Assembly: GCA_964016885.1 (NCBI GenBank)
Contig: OZ024743.1
Span: 94,674,001-94,738,000 of the forward strand
DNA: 64,000 bases
Direction: 5' to 3'
Source of the DNA: Eledone cirrhosa
Taxonomy: Eukaryota
Positions 1-12,846 of this stretch are shown here, in pieces; the stretch's first letter is position 1; each line of letters starts with the position of its first letter. Under the pieces are notes generated by a model. The model saw only the letters and a program-made list of their open reading frames with translations, made no database searches and was not told the origin of the DNA. The translations under genes were made by a program, and so were the position numbers.

Positions 1-234
1 CGATATCTCGGTAGCGCTAGTTTACTTAAAGGGAGATAATCTTTGAACATTTTCATATATAATTTATTATTTAGGATGCTTTCCCCAATCATATGTTAAA
101 GGGAGATAATCGGTAAAAGGTATCGGTTAAAAGAAATTTCAGAGTATATCAATTTAAGCCAAATTGAATTTAAATCACCTATATCAAGCTAAATCAAATC
201 AAATCAATATCATTATCTATATTCAGAATTGGTT

Positions 235-560
235 TGATCTTTTTAATAAAATTCTTTTCTTCTATGAATTTGTTTTGCGAGATTTCTTATCTTGAAACAG
301 ATATTGTTATACTTTGGGTGGGTCGTGTTGTCAATAAGAATACACGCACATGTCAGTTTTCACTTCAATTTATCATAAATTTCCGGTTGATGGGTTGGTT
401 CAGTAACCGGAGGATTGTTTATATATTGTCAAAGTTCTTTCGTAACACATTCTGTAACCTTTTCAGTGACTAGGTTGTTTTATTTTGTGTGTAGCTCCTT
501 TGTTCTGTCCTGCACCATCTTGTTTTTGTGTGTTCTTTTCTTTTACATTTCTTTCAACTT
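235..560 (-). mobile_element. Old PLE pseudo-LTR plus 5' ORF remnant related to the large PLE, with a decayed hammerhead at 428-470; copy at ~31024-31350
   Basis: gatattgttatactttgg...caataagaa.acacgcac...ttcacttcaattta aligns to 28119-28191. The motif GUCA-CUGAAAA-G...GAAA-GAAC-UU/UGAC has G8 mutated. Confidence 0.75.
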
Positions 561-1640
561 CATTTGAGTCCTGAAGTTTATAAAATGGGAATATTATTAT
601 TTTTTTAATGCGTCAGTTTCCCAAATGACTACTTAGGGTCTTTGATCTGTTGATGGTGTACTGATGAATGTGTGTATTGTTTATATGGACCCGTAACTCC
701 TGGAGGAACCGTGGGTGTCGCCTTTGCCATTTTGTTAGCGGGGCATGGCTGAGGCACCGCTTAGACTAAATTATAGTATCTGTCCCTCCCCATTTCCCTT
801 TCAATCGTTGCTTGAATATTGGTTGCTACGAGACGTGTAGAATACTCTATGCTGAGTAAATATAACAATCAATTGTTTCTTTTATCCTGGACATCCTGCT
901 TGGCGCATCTACTGGCTCATCTACAGCGAAGTCAAAGGAAGTTCTAGCCAGACAAAGCTATAACGCCGAAGCAAATCAATTAAACCGTTGATTGAAGCTA
1001 TACCTACATATAGAATTAGAGAGAAAGTGACGTCCTCTATCAACTAACTTACCCTGTGGATCCCGGTCGACAAGATAGAGAATACATTGCCTCGAAGGTC
1101 GGTGAGCGAGACGCGCTGGAACAGCCATTCCACCATGCGGGGATCGCACCTGAGGAAGGCCAACCCCGCTCCAATAGCAGTGAGTAGGAATGTGGTCTGG
1201 GGATAGTGGGGGTGACAAGAATGCCGGAAATCTCTACTGCTACAGGCCCTATCACAAACCTATCAGAGAGCGGCCGTTACTTTTCTTGATTTAAATCCAA
1301 ATAACGTTTACAATTTCCGCGTATGATTTTAATGTATAAAAATAGGAAAATATATGATGTAATATTATGTTTATTCAGATTCATAATAAAACTCAATTAT
1401 AATTCTTTGTATGAAAAATAAATAATTATTTTGATAAATGAATAAATGATTACAAAAGGTAACGAAATGAAAAAGTTCATGTGATATTCTGTTCAAAATT
1501 AGCACCGGATTTCGTAAATATATATAGATATATCTCACCATATATTTATTTATATATCTGTTTACTATTGTTAAATAGTGTTCCATATTTCTATCTTTCT
1601 CACCATTCATTCTCCATATACACAACCATTTATTCATCAA

Positions 1641-1701
1641 TCAATCCATCCATTTTTTCTTCCATCCATCCATCCGTCCATCCATCCATCCATCCATCCA
1701 T

Positions 1702-1737
<36 letters not shown>

Positions 1738-1776
1738 CCATCCATCCATCCATCCATCCATCCATCCATCCATCCA
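1641..1776. repeat. (CCAT)n microsatellite in the probable tyrosinase 3' UTR; much shorter in unit 2
   Basis: Read directly from the sequence. Confidence 0.95.
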
Positions 1777-1929
1777 AGCCATACATCTTCCCATCCTGCA
1801 ATCCATTCTTACGTTGACTGTTGTTAAATGATGTTCTCTCTTAAACAGTACAATTCAAACGTCTTTTGAAACTACACGTTCAAATGTGTAGTTTCATTAG
1901 GAATGTTGCTTAGTAAAAATGTTGCTGGG

Positions 1930-2129
1930 TTAAAATCTATAATGACAGTATCCACGAATACATCTTTTTGTCGTGGGGTCAAACCTTCTACCATAGCCAC
2001 AGGAAGCCATAATATATCTGCCATATGCACAAATAGCATAATGAGAACATATTTGTAAGCAAGGCTGTTTGTCTCTCGATTTACAATCACATCCTTTAGG
2101 AACGACACATTTTTTGTTGATGTAACATT
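1930..2129 (-). CDS. Tyrosinase terminal exon encoding a chitin-binding type-2 (peritrophin-A/CBM14)-like domain; copy at 32639-32838
   Basis: Branch point CTAAC, pyrimidine tract and acag acceptor. Phase-1 translation: (K)CYINKKCVVPKGCDCKSRDKQPCLQICSHYAICAYGRYIMASCGYGRRFDPTTKRCIRGYCHYRF*. Confidence 0.8.
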
Positions 2130-5100
2130 CTGTAATAGAGAAAGAAGAAAGGTTAGCTGAAACAAGACAAATTTACGAAATAGGAAATATATATGTATAG
2201 AATTAATAATCATTTATAAACCAAATGCTTTGGTGCTTATCGTCTCAAATTTACAAGTTGCGTGAAGCTGAATAGTCCTACAGCAAATATGTGATTAGAT
2301 GGCAGATACAACCTGAAACTAGCAACATTTGTGTGTTTTTAAGCATACACACGCACTATATGCAAATGAGCATCGCCAACCAAAATTTAATAGGCAAACA
2401 GCATATAAGCTTTTAGTTTATTCTTGTCTTATGACAGTGTATATAAAAGCATATCCTTATGTTTATGTATAATAATTTTAAAAGGTGTGAACATGTCACA
2501 GTTATCTCAGCAGTGGTGAGAATGCCAGGTAGATATTTATGCATTTTATCCTTCAACAGTAACATATATTTACTTGCTACTGAGACAAAATCTGCTAAAA
2601 CCTATATAGTGTTTGCATGTCAATAATCCGCTAGTGAAAGGGAGATAATTAGGTAGCAATATCAGCGTTTTTCGCCACAGGGTTGTATATGTTTAATATA
2701 TAATAAACACAAATCTCGCCTTGAAATTTTCAAAAAGTAGGGATCATGTCACAGGTATCTTAGTATTGGTGAGAATGCAAGATAGCTATTTCCGGATTGT
2801 TGTCCTTCATCAGTGACATTTACTCACTCGCTACAGAGACAAAATGGGTTAAATCTCCTATGGTTTTTGCGTATGAGACATTAAATGGAGATGCTCATTT
2901 GCATATAGTGTGAACATTACTGTTGAAAGGGAGATAACTATGTTGTACTAACACACACATTGTTCTTTGTCTTGTATGTTGAACCCATAACTTGTAGTAA
3001 AGGCATGGTAGTGTCATACAGCGTTTCTTGGACGTTTTTGAAACCTGATGGAGTCTACTCCACCCAAGGGCTAATTACAGTCAACTTCTTCCAGGGAGGG
3101 TGAGAGAGAGTGATAGAGTGAAGAAGTGAGTAAGAAATACAGAGGTAAAAAAATACGCACCAGTATTGGACTGGTATCTTTTATTATCGATGACGAATCG
3201 ATGAAAGGCCTAGTTGACCTCAGCAAGATTTGAACTGACAGAGTAGAGAGCCGGAATGAAGACTTCAAAGCATTCTATCTGACGTTCTAAAGACTTTGTT
3301 AATTCGCCGCCTATTTATCTTGTAGGATACATTATATATTGTAACGAAATGTGAACCCATGAAAAACTAATGCTGTATGTCTGTTTTGGTATACGTCCTC
3401 AAATATAAACATTCTTCACTACTCTAGTTACAATAACCTATACTGACCTATATTTGTTTATTTTAACCATGATATGGTCACATACACCCCCCTCCTTTGA
3501 TAAACAGTTCTTCACACATCGACTACCCCTACCTTTATTAGACTACAACCATCACCATCTACCATATCCATAAGAGCTACTATCACATACAAATATACAT
3601 ATGAGTGCACATTACACTGCTCTGAAAAGTTTAACATTATAAAAATAAGTGTTTCTACTTTTGGCACACGGCCAGCAATTACCCCAGTGCATTACTGGTA
3701 CTTTATTTTATCGACCCCGTAAGGATGAAAGGCAAAGTTAACATCGGCTGGATTTGAACTCTGACCGTAAAGGGACGTAACTATGCTGGAAAGCATGTCC
3801 AACCCTCCACCGATACTGCACATTGACCGCCCAATTCACTGCCAAAAAATAATGGGTTCTAATTTAAGTAGAAAATCAGCAATTTGGGGAAGAGGAAAAT
3901 CGATTAAATCGACCCCAGTACTTTCCTGGTACTTAATTATATCGGCTTCTGGAAGGATGAAGGGTAAAGTTGACTTCAACAAGATTTGAAACGAGAACGT
4001 AAAGAACCGGAACAAGTACATGGCACTTTGTCCGGTACTTTAACGATTCTACCAATTAAAACATACATAATTACTTACTTTGAGATGTTGTTGTTGGTAC
4101 TAGTGTTGTTGTTGTTGTCGGTACTGGTGTTGTTGTTGTTGTTGTCGGTACTGGTGTTGTTGTTGTTGTTGTCGGTACTGGTGTTGTCGTTGTGGTTGTT
4201 GTTGTCGGGGTTGTTCTAGTTGTGGTTGTTGTTGTTGTTCGAACTGGTGTGGTCGTTGTTGTAGTCACATTACTGCTGGTAAATGGCCACCGGCTGTCAT
4301 CACAGTGGAAAACAATTGGAATATTCTGGTGCTTCAGTTTCGGTCGAATCTGGTTGTTATAATCCCAGACCTTCATGTAAGTATCTGCGAGGGTTTTACC
4401 GTAGAAGGCAGTATCGTTACGAGTTATGTTCAAAAGTCCTATACATTCTGTGTATCTTGGTGGGTTGGAACCTGGAACTAAGCAAGATGGCCGGCATATT
4501 CTTCCACATTGTTCCGTAACTGTTAGAAATACGAGAGCAGCTCCTTTTTCGGGGTCTCTGATACCGATATAAGCTAGATCTGATGATACAGCTAATCTAC
4601 GGTCCACTACCACCATTTCTTCATAATTTCCAAAATAATTGATGCCACTGGCTTGAACATTCACTCTTCCTGCTGGTCCACAACACTTATTCATTCGACA
4701 AGTAGAATTACTGGACGAGGAATTTTTGGATAGACTGTTGTCGTATATATCATTCAATAAGTTTGGTTGACCATTTACGATTGGGAAATTTCCAAATCTC
4801 ATCGTCTCGTAAGGTCGTTCGTAAATTATTTCGATCGGAATAAATGCCCATTCTTTTAAATCACACACACGGTTGATACAAAACATATTTTGATAGGGAA
4901 TGAGAGTATTACAACGAGTTGTTGATTTAGATTTTGTTACACATCTTCCATTTTCGCATGTTAAGTATCGAGGATTACAAAGATTTGGATTGTAAGTACA
5001 ATTTCCAAGTAAGTAATCATAATCATATTTGTAAATACCAGTGTAACTTTGAGTTACTTTTAATGCTTCTGCGACTGTTAAATTCATAATGCCAATACTT

Positions 5101-6027
5101 TGGTTGGGAGCATAAATATCTAAACCAAAATCTGTAGGATAATCTGTTGCAGGATCGATGTTGTTTTTCCTTTGGTTTTCATTGAAACGTGTGTGAACAA
5201 GTTCTACATAACTGTGAAGTAGAAAGAAGAAAGGATCCATGGGTGCAGATGGAATCATAGACATATGTCCTCCAACAGAAACGTGCATAGAATTATGCAT
5301 AAGTTCAAAGTTATAGCGTCGGTCAGCGTTTGGTTCTGATATTTCCTCGAGTTTCGTTCGAGTGAGAACATCTTCGATATTACGATGTGTTGGCAAAGTT
5401 GTGCTGAAACCTCCATTCCTTACTAGATGACCAGATGGTGTGGTCCAATTAGCAAACGGTCCACGATTTACAAATCCATTGACTGTTCCCATGAACGTGT
5501 CCGACCAGATAATGGAATCTCGAGGATTAGAAAGAGAAGCATCAAGAGTTGGATCCCAAAATGGAATTGCTACAGTTGGTACTTTTGTACGAAGAGCATC
5601 TTCCATCCTGAAATTTAAAAATAAAAACCACATTAACATATTTCTAATGACATATTTAATGAATGAAATATTACGAGGGATTTATTTAAATTATCAATTA
5701 TTTTAATTATTAAGATCGTATTTGTTTCAAAACTTATCTAACGGGCTTAAATAAAATTTATATAAAATTCTCCGAATTGAGAGATCACAGCTCCGATACT
5801 ATAGGCATGTGGAAGGAATGTCTCAGGAAAGAATCGCTGGACAGATTTTACGGCCAAAACCAACCGGCAGGAGGCCCAGGAGTAGACCCGAGCATGATGG
5901 TCGGACCACATCCATGAGCCTGGCTGGTTTCGCTTGAGGATCCAGTCGGATCAGTTGGAGATGGTTGCTTCTGACAGGACCGACTGGAATGAGTGTGTGA
6001 CGACTCTGCCTTCACGACCCTCTCAGA

Positions 6028-6073
<46 letters not shown>

Positions 6074-7203
6074 TGTTTGTGTATGTTGTGTTATGTTGAC
6101 CTAGGATTTTGGATATAAAATAGTAGTAATCTTCGTTTTTTTTCATTAATGCTTTATTTTAACATAGATGGAGGAAAAGACTATGAAAGGGGACCAAAAG
6201 GGAAATGAAAAGAAGAAAAAAAGAAGAATCAAGCAACGAAAGAAAGGGAAAATGGGGGACAGATACTACACCCCAGTTTGAGCAGTGCCTCAGCTGCGCC
6301 CTGTGGACAAAATGACAAAGGCATATACCACGGAGAATGGCTAGAGATACCCGCTACAACAGCCATCCCATCTCACGGGGCTTCCTCCTCGAGCTAGCTG
6401 CTGTCTTTCCGATAAGCATTGTGGGGACCACGGACATCAGAGGTCTCGACGGACACCGGTACAACGAAGAAGCGGTTGGTCAGGACCCGGTATTAAACTA
6501 CAATTATATTTCATGCCTTGCGGTATTCATTTTGGCTATCTTCTCTCTGAGTTCAAATCCCGCCGAGGTCAACTTTGCCTTTCATCCATTCAAGGTCGAA
6601 AATAGTACCAGTCTAGTACTGGGATCGATACTTCCTCTATATATCTTTCTCACTTTCATTCTCTCACTCTATCTTTCTCTGGAAGAAATCTGCTTTATTC
6701 AGAACTAGGGTGGAGACGGGCTCTGTCAGGTTTTAAAAAATACCATAGAATCACTGTATGTCAATATGGGGCTCCTACAAGTCCCACACAAGAACAACTG
6801 TTAAAACAGCAAAATGCCGACAATATTCATGGAATAATGGCGAAAAATCAGCGCAAGAGTAGCTGTTAAAACATGGTATTTAACGGCATTTTGGTGTTAA
6901 CAGCTATTCTTGCGATGAGTTATATTTTTCATTATTCTATGAATTCTAATATTAAAGTTATTAGCATAATATTACAGTAGAAAAAATAAGTAATTGGAAA
7001 ATACTGAATTATTTACATTTTTAAATAAACTCTGTGCCAGGTGAGGAATACAGGACCATTGTGAGCATTTCTGGCAGTTGCACCTGTATGGAGGAAGGCG
7101 ATAGCATCGTAAACATTTGGTTCCATGCTCTGTAAGATAAAGAAAGAGATATAAGACATTACAATCATTGAAACAAAGTATGGAGGCAGGTGTATATATA
7201 TAC

Positions 7204-7250
<47 letters not shown>

Positions 7251-8779
7251 ATTACTTCTCTCGTAAGTGTACATATATATGAATATATAGTGAATTCTTT
7301 CTTTTTAAAACTTGTATCACTATCAACTTATACACAACAGCAACACGTCTCTTCTCTTTGCTCTTTAACCTCTTAAAACGTATTGAAGCACAACTAGAGT
7401 GTCCTGCCGAGATTTCTTAACTCCACCTTTTTTTTATCATATTTCTATTGAAATACATTGCAAATAAGTTTCAATGAATTTATGAAAATATATTTTTTTA
7501 AATGTTGGAATTCAGTAAAATAACGTTTTCATTAGTAAGCTGGTTACATAAAATTATGATGGAATGTTTCTATATAATTATGAACACTTTAAAGCGGACA
7601 ATTTTATATCATAGAATAGGAGCTGTTTTAAGTATCAAAAGGGTTAAATGCTATAATTATACTTCTTCTAAATGATGCAAATGATGATATTGTACAAGTA
7701 AACACTTGATCAAATATAAAAACTGTCTGAACAGAAGGTTATTGAGTATATAGCTCTGTAGCCGGCACGTTACAATGCAAATGATCCAGTAACTCACATA
7801 CTTTACTAGCGTGTATTAAATCGATCTGCTATGAATAATCCACTTCCACTCACGAAAGTATCTATATGTAGATAATATACTAGATTTCTCACTTCGCAGC
7901 ATCCTCAACATCTGCTGGAGTGATAGAGCGATTTTGTTACCAGCATTGAAGTTCTTGAAGAGACAGAGAGCACCAATGCATGTTTCCCGAATAGAAAATC
8001 ATCATCGCTGCATGGCGAACTCTTCATTTTCCACTGAAACAGAGGGATCCGCAGAAAACGTACAAGGGTTCTCTAAAGAAATCTCTTTAAGCATGTCATA
8101 TTGATCACCACCAGAGGTATGATATGTCCTCTGATCAGGTGATCTGGTGACATACCATCTGTCAATTTCCTCCTTCGAGAATGAATGGAGGAAACCAGAA
8201 CAAAATTAGACTTACTCTTGCTTTAGTCGTGTTTGCCTATCTTACGTTTTTCTCGTCAGTTACCAGCGAGCCTACGATAGATGTGGACAGCCCCTTTCAT
8301 AAATCTTCGTTAACGAAGTAAAGTCATGATACTAGTTTAGTAAAATATCAAAGTCTGTCAGTACTCTGAACTTCTCTCAATAATATTCATATAAAAAAAT
8401 AGAACCTTACCGTATCTTGTTTTAGAAGATGAATACTACGGTGGAAATCATATCTTTCTTGTTCACTGAGTTGTCTATATTCCTTCCTTACTCGGAGCAT
8501 TTTCATAGGATTTGGTTGTGATGTTTTTGGTTCATCGGTTGGTAGATTATAATTTAGATAGTTTGTTGTCCAATTAGGACATATTTTCGCCATTTGGAGC
8601 TGACCGATGCAATATTTCCATATATCGGCCTTCTTTTCAATTGGTGGATTTGTCGATTTGCATACATTCTCAAAACAGTCTGGAACATAGCTACCTATTT
8701 CTGGAACATAATACTGTATATCTGACTTCACGTAAACAAAAGCCAGCAATATGATGAATGCTAGGTACAGACGATTCAT
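1930..8779 (-). CDS. Secreted tyrosinase-like type-3 copper protein with Cys-rich region, Thr-rich linker and C-terminal chitin-binding type-2-like domain, copy 1. CDS join(8779-8411, 7129-7017, 5607-4079, 2129-1930), ~736 aa
   Basis: Signal peptide MNRLYLAFIILLAFVYVKS; RVRKEYRQLS motif; CuA His in FLHTG, AHNGP and WHR; CuB HNSMH and DPFFFLLH. All introns are GT-AG and phase-consistent (0, 2, 1), giving junctions KQDT|SMEP, YLKM|MEDALR and SQ|K|CYIN. Confidence 0.88.
3650..4055 (-). mobile_element. Two adjacent tRNA-derived SINEs in the last tyrosinase intron (another at ~3140-3310)
   Basis: Recurrent core ccagt...actggtactttattttatcgaccccgtaaggatgaaaggcaaagt...ggatttgaact; B-box GTTCAAATCC on the minus strand. 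Confidence 0.8.
5783..6072 (+). mobile_element. RTE-like LINE 3' fragment with (TAA)n tail in tyrosinase intron; copy at ~36460-36777. Same family at 24365-24590 (minus).
   Basis: attgagagatcacagctccgatactat... translates as IERSQLRYYRHV..M..ERI; related sequence is inverted at 24365-24590. Confidence 0.65.
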
Positions 8780-8968
8780 TGCTGAAAATATAAGAAAATG
8801 TAAAACATCATTCAGACGAAAGCATGGCTGTTAAGGAGTCTACTTTGCAACCACGTAGTTCTAGGCTCTGTCACTCTGTGCGGTGCTTCGAGCAAGTGTT
8901 TTCTACTAGTGAAATTTGGTAGACAGAAATTACAGTGTGTCTGTCTATATGTTTGTTTGTTTGTGTGT

Positions 8969-9069
<101 letters not shown>

Positions 9070-10586
9070 TATCTCCGTATCTTTGTTTACGTTTATGTTT
9101 GTGTGTGCAGTATTTGTTCCAGCTCTTGAGATCATTAGCTCAATCCTCATCGAAATCAACTTTGCCTTTCATTCTTCCAAATTTGATAAAACAAAGTGTC
9201 AGTTCAATACAAGGATCGATTCTCTACCTCCTCTCTATTTCTCTAGAAGAAGTCGGTTATGTTCAGACCTAGAGAGAGATGGGCTCTGCCAGGTTTAAAG
9301 TGGATGTAACGACGAGACTCCACCAGGAGTTAAGAGCTCAAAAGACGCACACTTATGGGATTCAACTCACATATTTGCTTCTTTTTATGGCTTACACTAA
9401 AACTAACCTGGGCGGGATTTGAACTCATCCATTTACACAATAATAATTTCAATAAATGCTGGAAAGAACGAGTTGATCTTGGTAAATATTGGTTTCAAAT
9501 GTTCTAATTGAGGCGAGTTTAAAGAAATACCCTGTCTAATCGAATATCAATTCAAAATTAAGATATATAACACTGACATTCTCCCTCTACCTATTTATGT
9601 ATTAAATTTTGTTACTTGGTCTGCAAAACAAACTTCGAAAATTGAAGTATTTCAAAACCATGTCATGAGATTTATTACTGGTAAACGCCTAACAGACAGA
9701 GTTAAAATATTATTGTACATCTACGAGAAATGATACAACAATGAGCAGTTTTTGATAGCAATTCTCTCAAGTTGTTTTGCTACGTCAAATTTTCTATTTG
9801 TTGTCTCCCGAAAATCTTTCTGAAGAGGATATTATATCTTGAAAGAGAAATTAGGACGCTCCAATGTATATGAAGAGATCAGACCCTAAAATCTGCTTAG
9901 AGCATATAGTACATGAAAAGCGAAAATGAAGACGCCTCACTGATAGCTGGAGACACCATTTCCTAAAATGGTCTTAATCCAAATCATGGAAAGAACTCAA
10001 TAAAATGACAATGAACAGAGAGAGAAATGGAAAAAATACGTTCGTAAAGTTTCATACTCTACTACCGGAAACGGAAATAACGATTACCAAGCAGATTGCT
10101 AGATTTCTTCAATGGTGATTCAGTGAGACGATTATTATATTTTTGTTTGCTGTTACTAATACAATGTTTTGGAGTCTTTTGAGGTGGGAGAAATGAGATA
10201 AGATTGAGTGATGTTTATGAAGAAAATATCGGAGTTATTTGAATTATCTCTACAATCCTCACGAAATTATTTCAAAATAATTAGCCATTTTGTCTCTATT
10301 GTGGGGTCGTTTACAATTGCTAACGTCTCTCTTGGGAATCCAGTCAGTTCTGTAAAGAGCGTTGTTTTAAATTATTGGACCTATTGTAGTATATTACTGG
10401 TATATATTTAACCAAGCGTAATGTAAGTTAAATCAAAGGTAACCAGAAACATCTGTGAATTGATTTAAATAGCAATAACTTCATAATGTATTGACACTAG
10501 TAAGACATGGAGATGGTGTTGTATAAATTAGAACTTCAGTTATGATATTGCTGTATGAACTTGTCATAATACAGTAAGACTCTTAC

Positions 10587-10670
10587 CTTCAGTTGGTTCT
10601 TAACACTTCCAGAACAATGTAGCTTGACAAAGTGATATGAATTCTTAAATAGTTACGGTATATATATAGA
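10587..10670 (-). promoter_or_regulatory. Putative tyrosinase core promoter and non-coding exon 1 (copy 1)
   Basis: Minus strand: TATATATATA (10668-10659), Inr-like TCACTT (~10633) about 30 nt downstream, then donor GAAG|gtaaga at 10587/10586. The coding exon starts 2 nt before the ATG (ttttcag|caATG), so an upstream exon is expected. Confidence 0.6.
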
Positions 10671-11242
10671 GAGAAATAGAAATATTTGGAAATACCAGAA
10701 TCTAATTAACTCTATGCCTATTGTTGGTATATATAATAACACATGGGAATCGATGAATTAATTGCATGTTTCATGCTCTCCCACACACACTGCCCATCCC
10801 ACAATTGTTGCAATCAAACGTCCTTTTACAGTTGTTGATATCACTCGATACAACACGTGCTTATAGTAATCTTACATCAGTCAATGCTGTCCATCCCGGA
10901 ACTCTCAGTTTATGACGAAATGCATTGCATTGAATATTTTTGAAACCCGTTGTTCAGGTTGTGGACTTTCTTTCCCACATCAGTCTGCACCAAGCAGACA
11001 TATGGTCAAAGGCGTTCCATTCGTGACCATCCCATCGTTCTTTGTTGTTGTATATATATTTTAGGATTACATTGGACAATGTGTTCTCCCGTTTTATAAC
11101 GGAGGGAATTTGACTATGAAGTTTGTACTCCGTGGTTTGTAACTAACTTTTTAGTTGCAGCCATGTCATGAGTCCTTAAACTTTTGTTGGAGAGAGCCCA
11201 TACCTCTCCAAGTTTGAACAGAGAGAGAGAGAGAGAGAGAGA

Positions 11243-11292
<50 letters not shown>

Positions 11293-12644
11293 GACCGGTA
11301 CTTTATTTATCGATCTCAAAAGGAGAAAGACAATGTTGACCTCGGTTGGATTTGAACTCATGGCACAGGGAGCCGGCGCAAACACCGCAAAATATTCTAT
11401 CTGACATTCTAACGACTCTGCCAATTTGCAGCTTAAATTGTTATATGCAATATGAGAATGACAAAAAGAAAAAAGAAAACACATGGAGGAGAAATGCAAA
11501 AGCAGGGGACCCTACACCCTTGACTGCACTTCACAGACAAGATGGCGAAGGCATTACTGTAGAGACGAGCCAACAATACTTGTTGCGTCAGCCATTTCTA
11601 CCTCATGAGGTCAACTTTACATCCTTGATGGACAGTGTATATCAGCTACTGCATCTTACTGACAAAATGGTGAAAGCATTGTCGTGGAGAACAGACAACG
11701 ATACTCAATACATTTATCCATTCCACCTCGTTGAGCACCTTCCTCAAGCATAATGCCCTCCCTATTGGGAGGAGGAAAAATGACAATCTGTGGGTCGAGG
11801 GAACCCAACGTCTCAACACATTATACTCAACTGTAACCTATGTAGTATGAGAATTTAATCCTAAATTATAGGACTTCAAACATTATCTTGGGAATGACTT
11901 GAATAATAATGGGCTCAAACAGATGAATTACCCCAGATTTCCTGACCACTAATATCGAAAGAATTGGAAACGCATGATGTGGTTGGAGTATTACACCTAA
12001 ACCTTTGCTCATAAGATAGTGGGTTAAATTCCTCCATGGAACTACGCGTTGTTTTCTTGAATAAAATATGTTATTTTATGGTGCTCTTTTTACCAGGAGT
12101 TGTGCCTCACAGATAGTAATCAATAAAGGAAAAGACCAATGAAATAGTTGTTTCCTTGGTCCAATCTGATGACCAGATTCTATTCTATTTTTTCCCCTAA
12201 AGAAATTAAGGTGTTATATTTATCGATATTTCGGAGGAACCCATAAAAGGTGACCTCGGCACTATCAACTGATTTGAGCAACGGTACTCTCACTTCATCT
12301 TATTAGGTAATCGAAGCTGGAATGGCTTAACTTGAAGGTCTGGTGATAGGAGAGATGGGCAGATAGATTTAAATCCAACGAGAATCGAATTGGAATTTCA
12401 TCGATCTTGGATCGATATTATAAAGTACCATGTGCGGGTCTCGAACGCAACAGACTAAACTTGCGCTCAACGTGTGCTCCGCTGTCTGTGTTGAGAAATA
12501 CAATATATATACATACAATATATATACATATACAATTGTTTCTATATCGATCAGCTCAGGGTACATTTATAATCATGGGGCCTGACTCTTCTTCGACATC
12601 TCCTTAAATATGCGCGTTTTATACACATACACACATATATATAT

Positions 12645-12845
<201 letters not shown>

Positions 12846-12846
<1 letters not shown>

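Noticed and set aside
1872-2213. 113-aa ORF in the track
   Set aside because: Wrong frame; the splice-compatible Cys-rich exon uses another frame.
2746-2820. Minus-strand CUGAUGA-aGGA(caacaa)UCCg-GAAA with flanking AUGUCA/UGACAU pairing, resembling a hammerhead or SECIS
   Set aside because: No valid A15.1-U16.1/NUH site (it reads CUG), the sister repeat at ~2490-2570 lacks the core, and the helix is too short for a SECIS.
3650-3845. tRNA gene or CRISPR-like recurring repeats
   Set aside because: Dispersed, degenerate SINE copies with a B-box only; no cloverleaf and no repeat-spacer periodicity in this eukaryotic DNA.
4071-5639. 522-aa ORF as a stand-alone gene
   Set aside because: The first 11 residues and the last SK* are intronic; it is an internal exon lacking CuA and the signal peptide.
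9818-9860. CUGAAGA-ggatattatatctt-GAAA
   Set aside because: No credible stem I or III, and it lies in what looks like a decayed LINE 3' coding remnant.
11520-11720. 135-aa ORF overlapping a diverged ~125-bp direct repeat
   Set aside because: No recognisable domain, starts inside a SINE and is truncated in the paralog.
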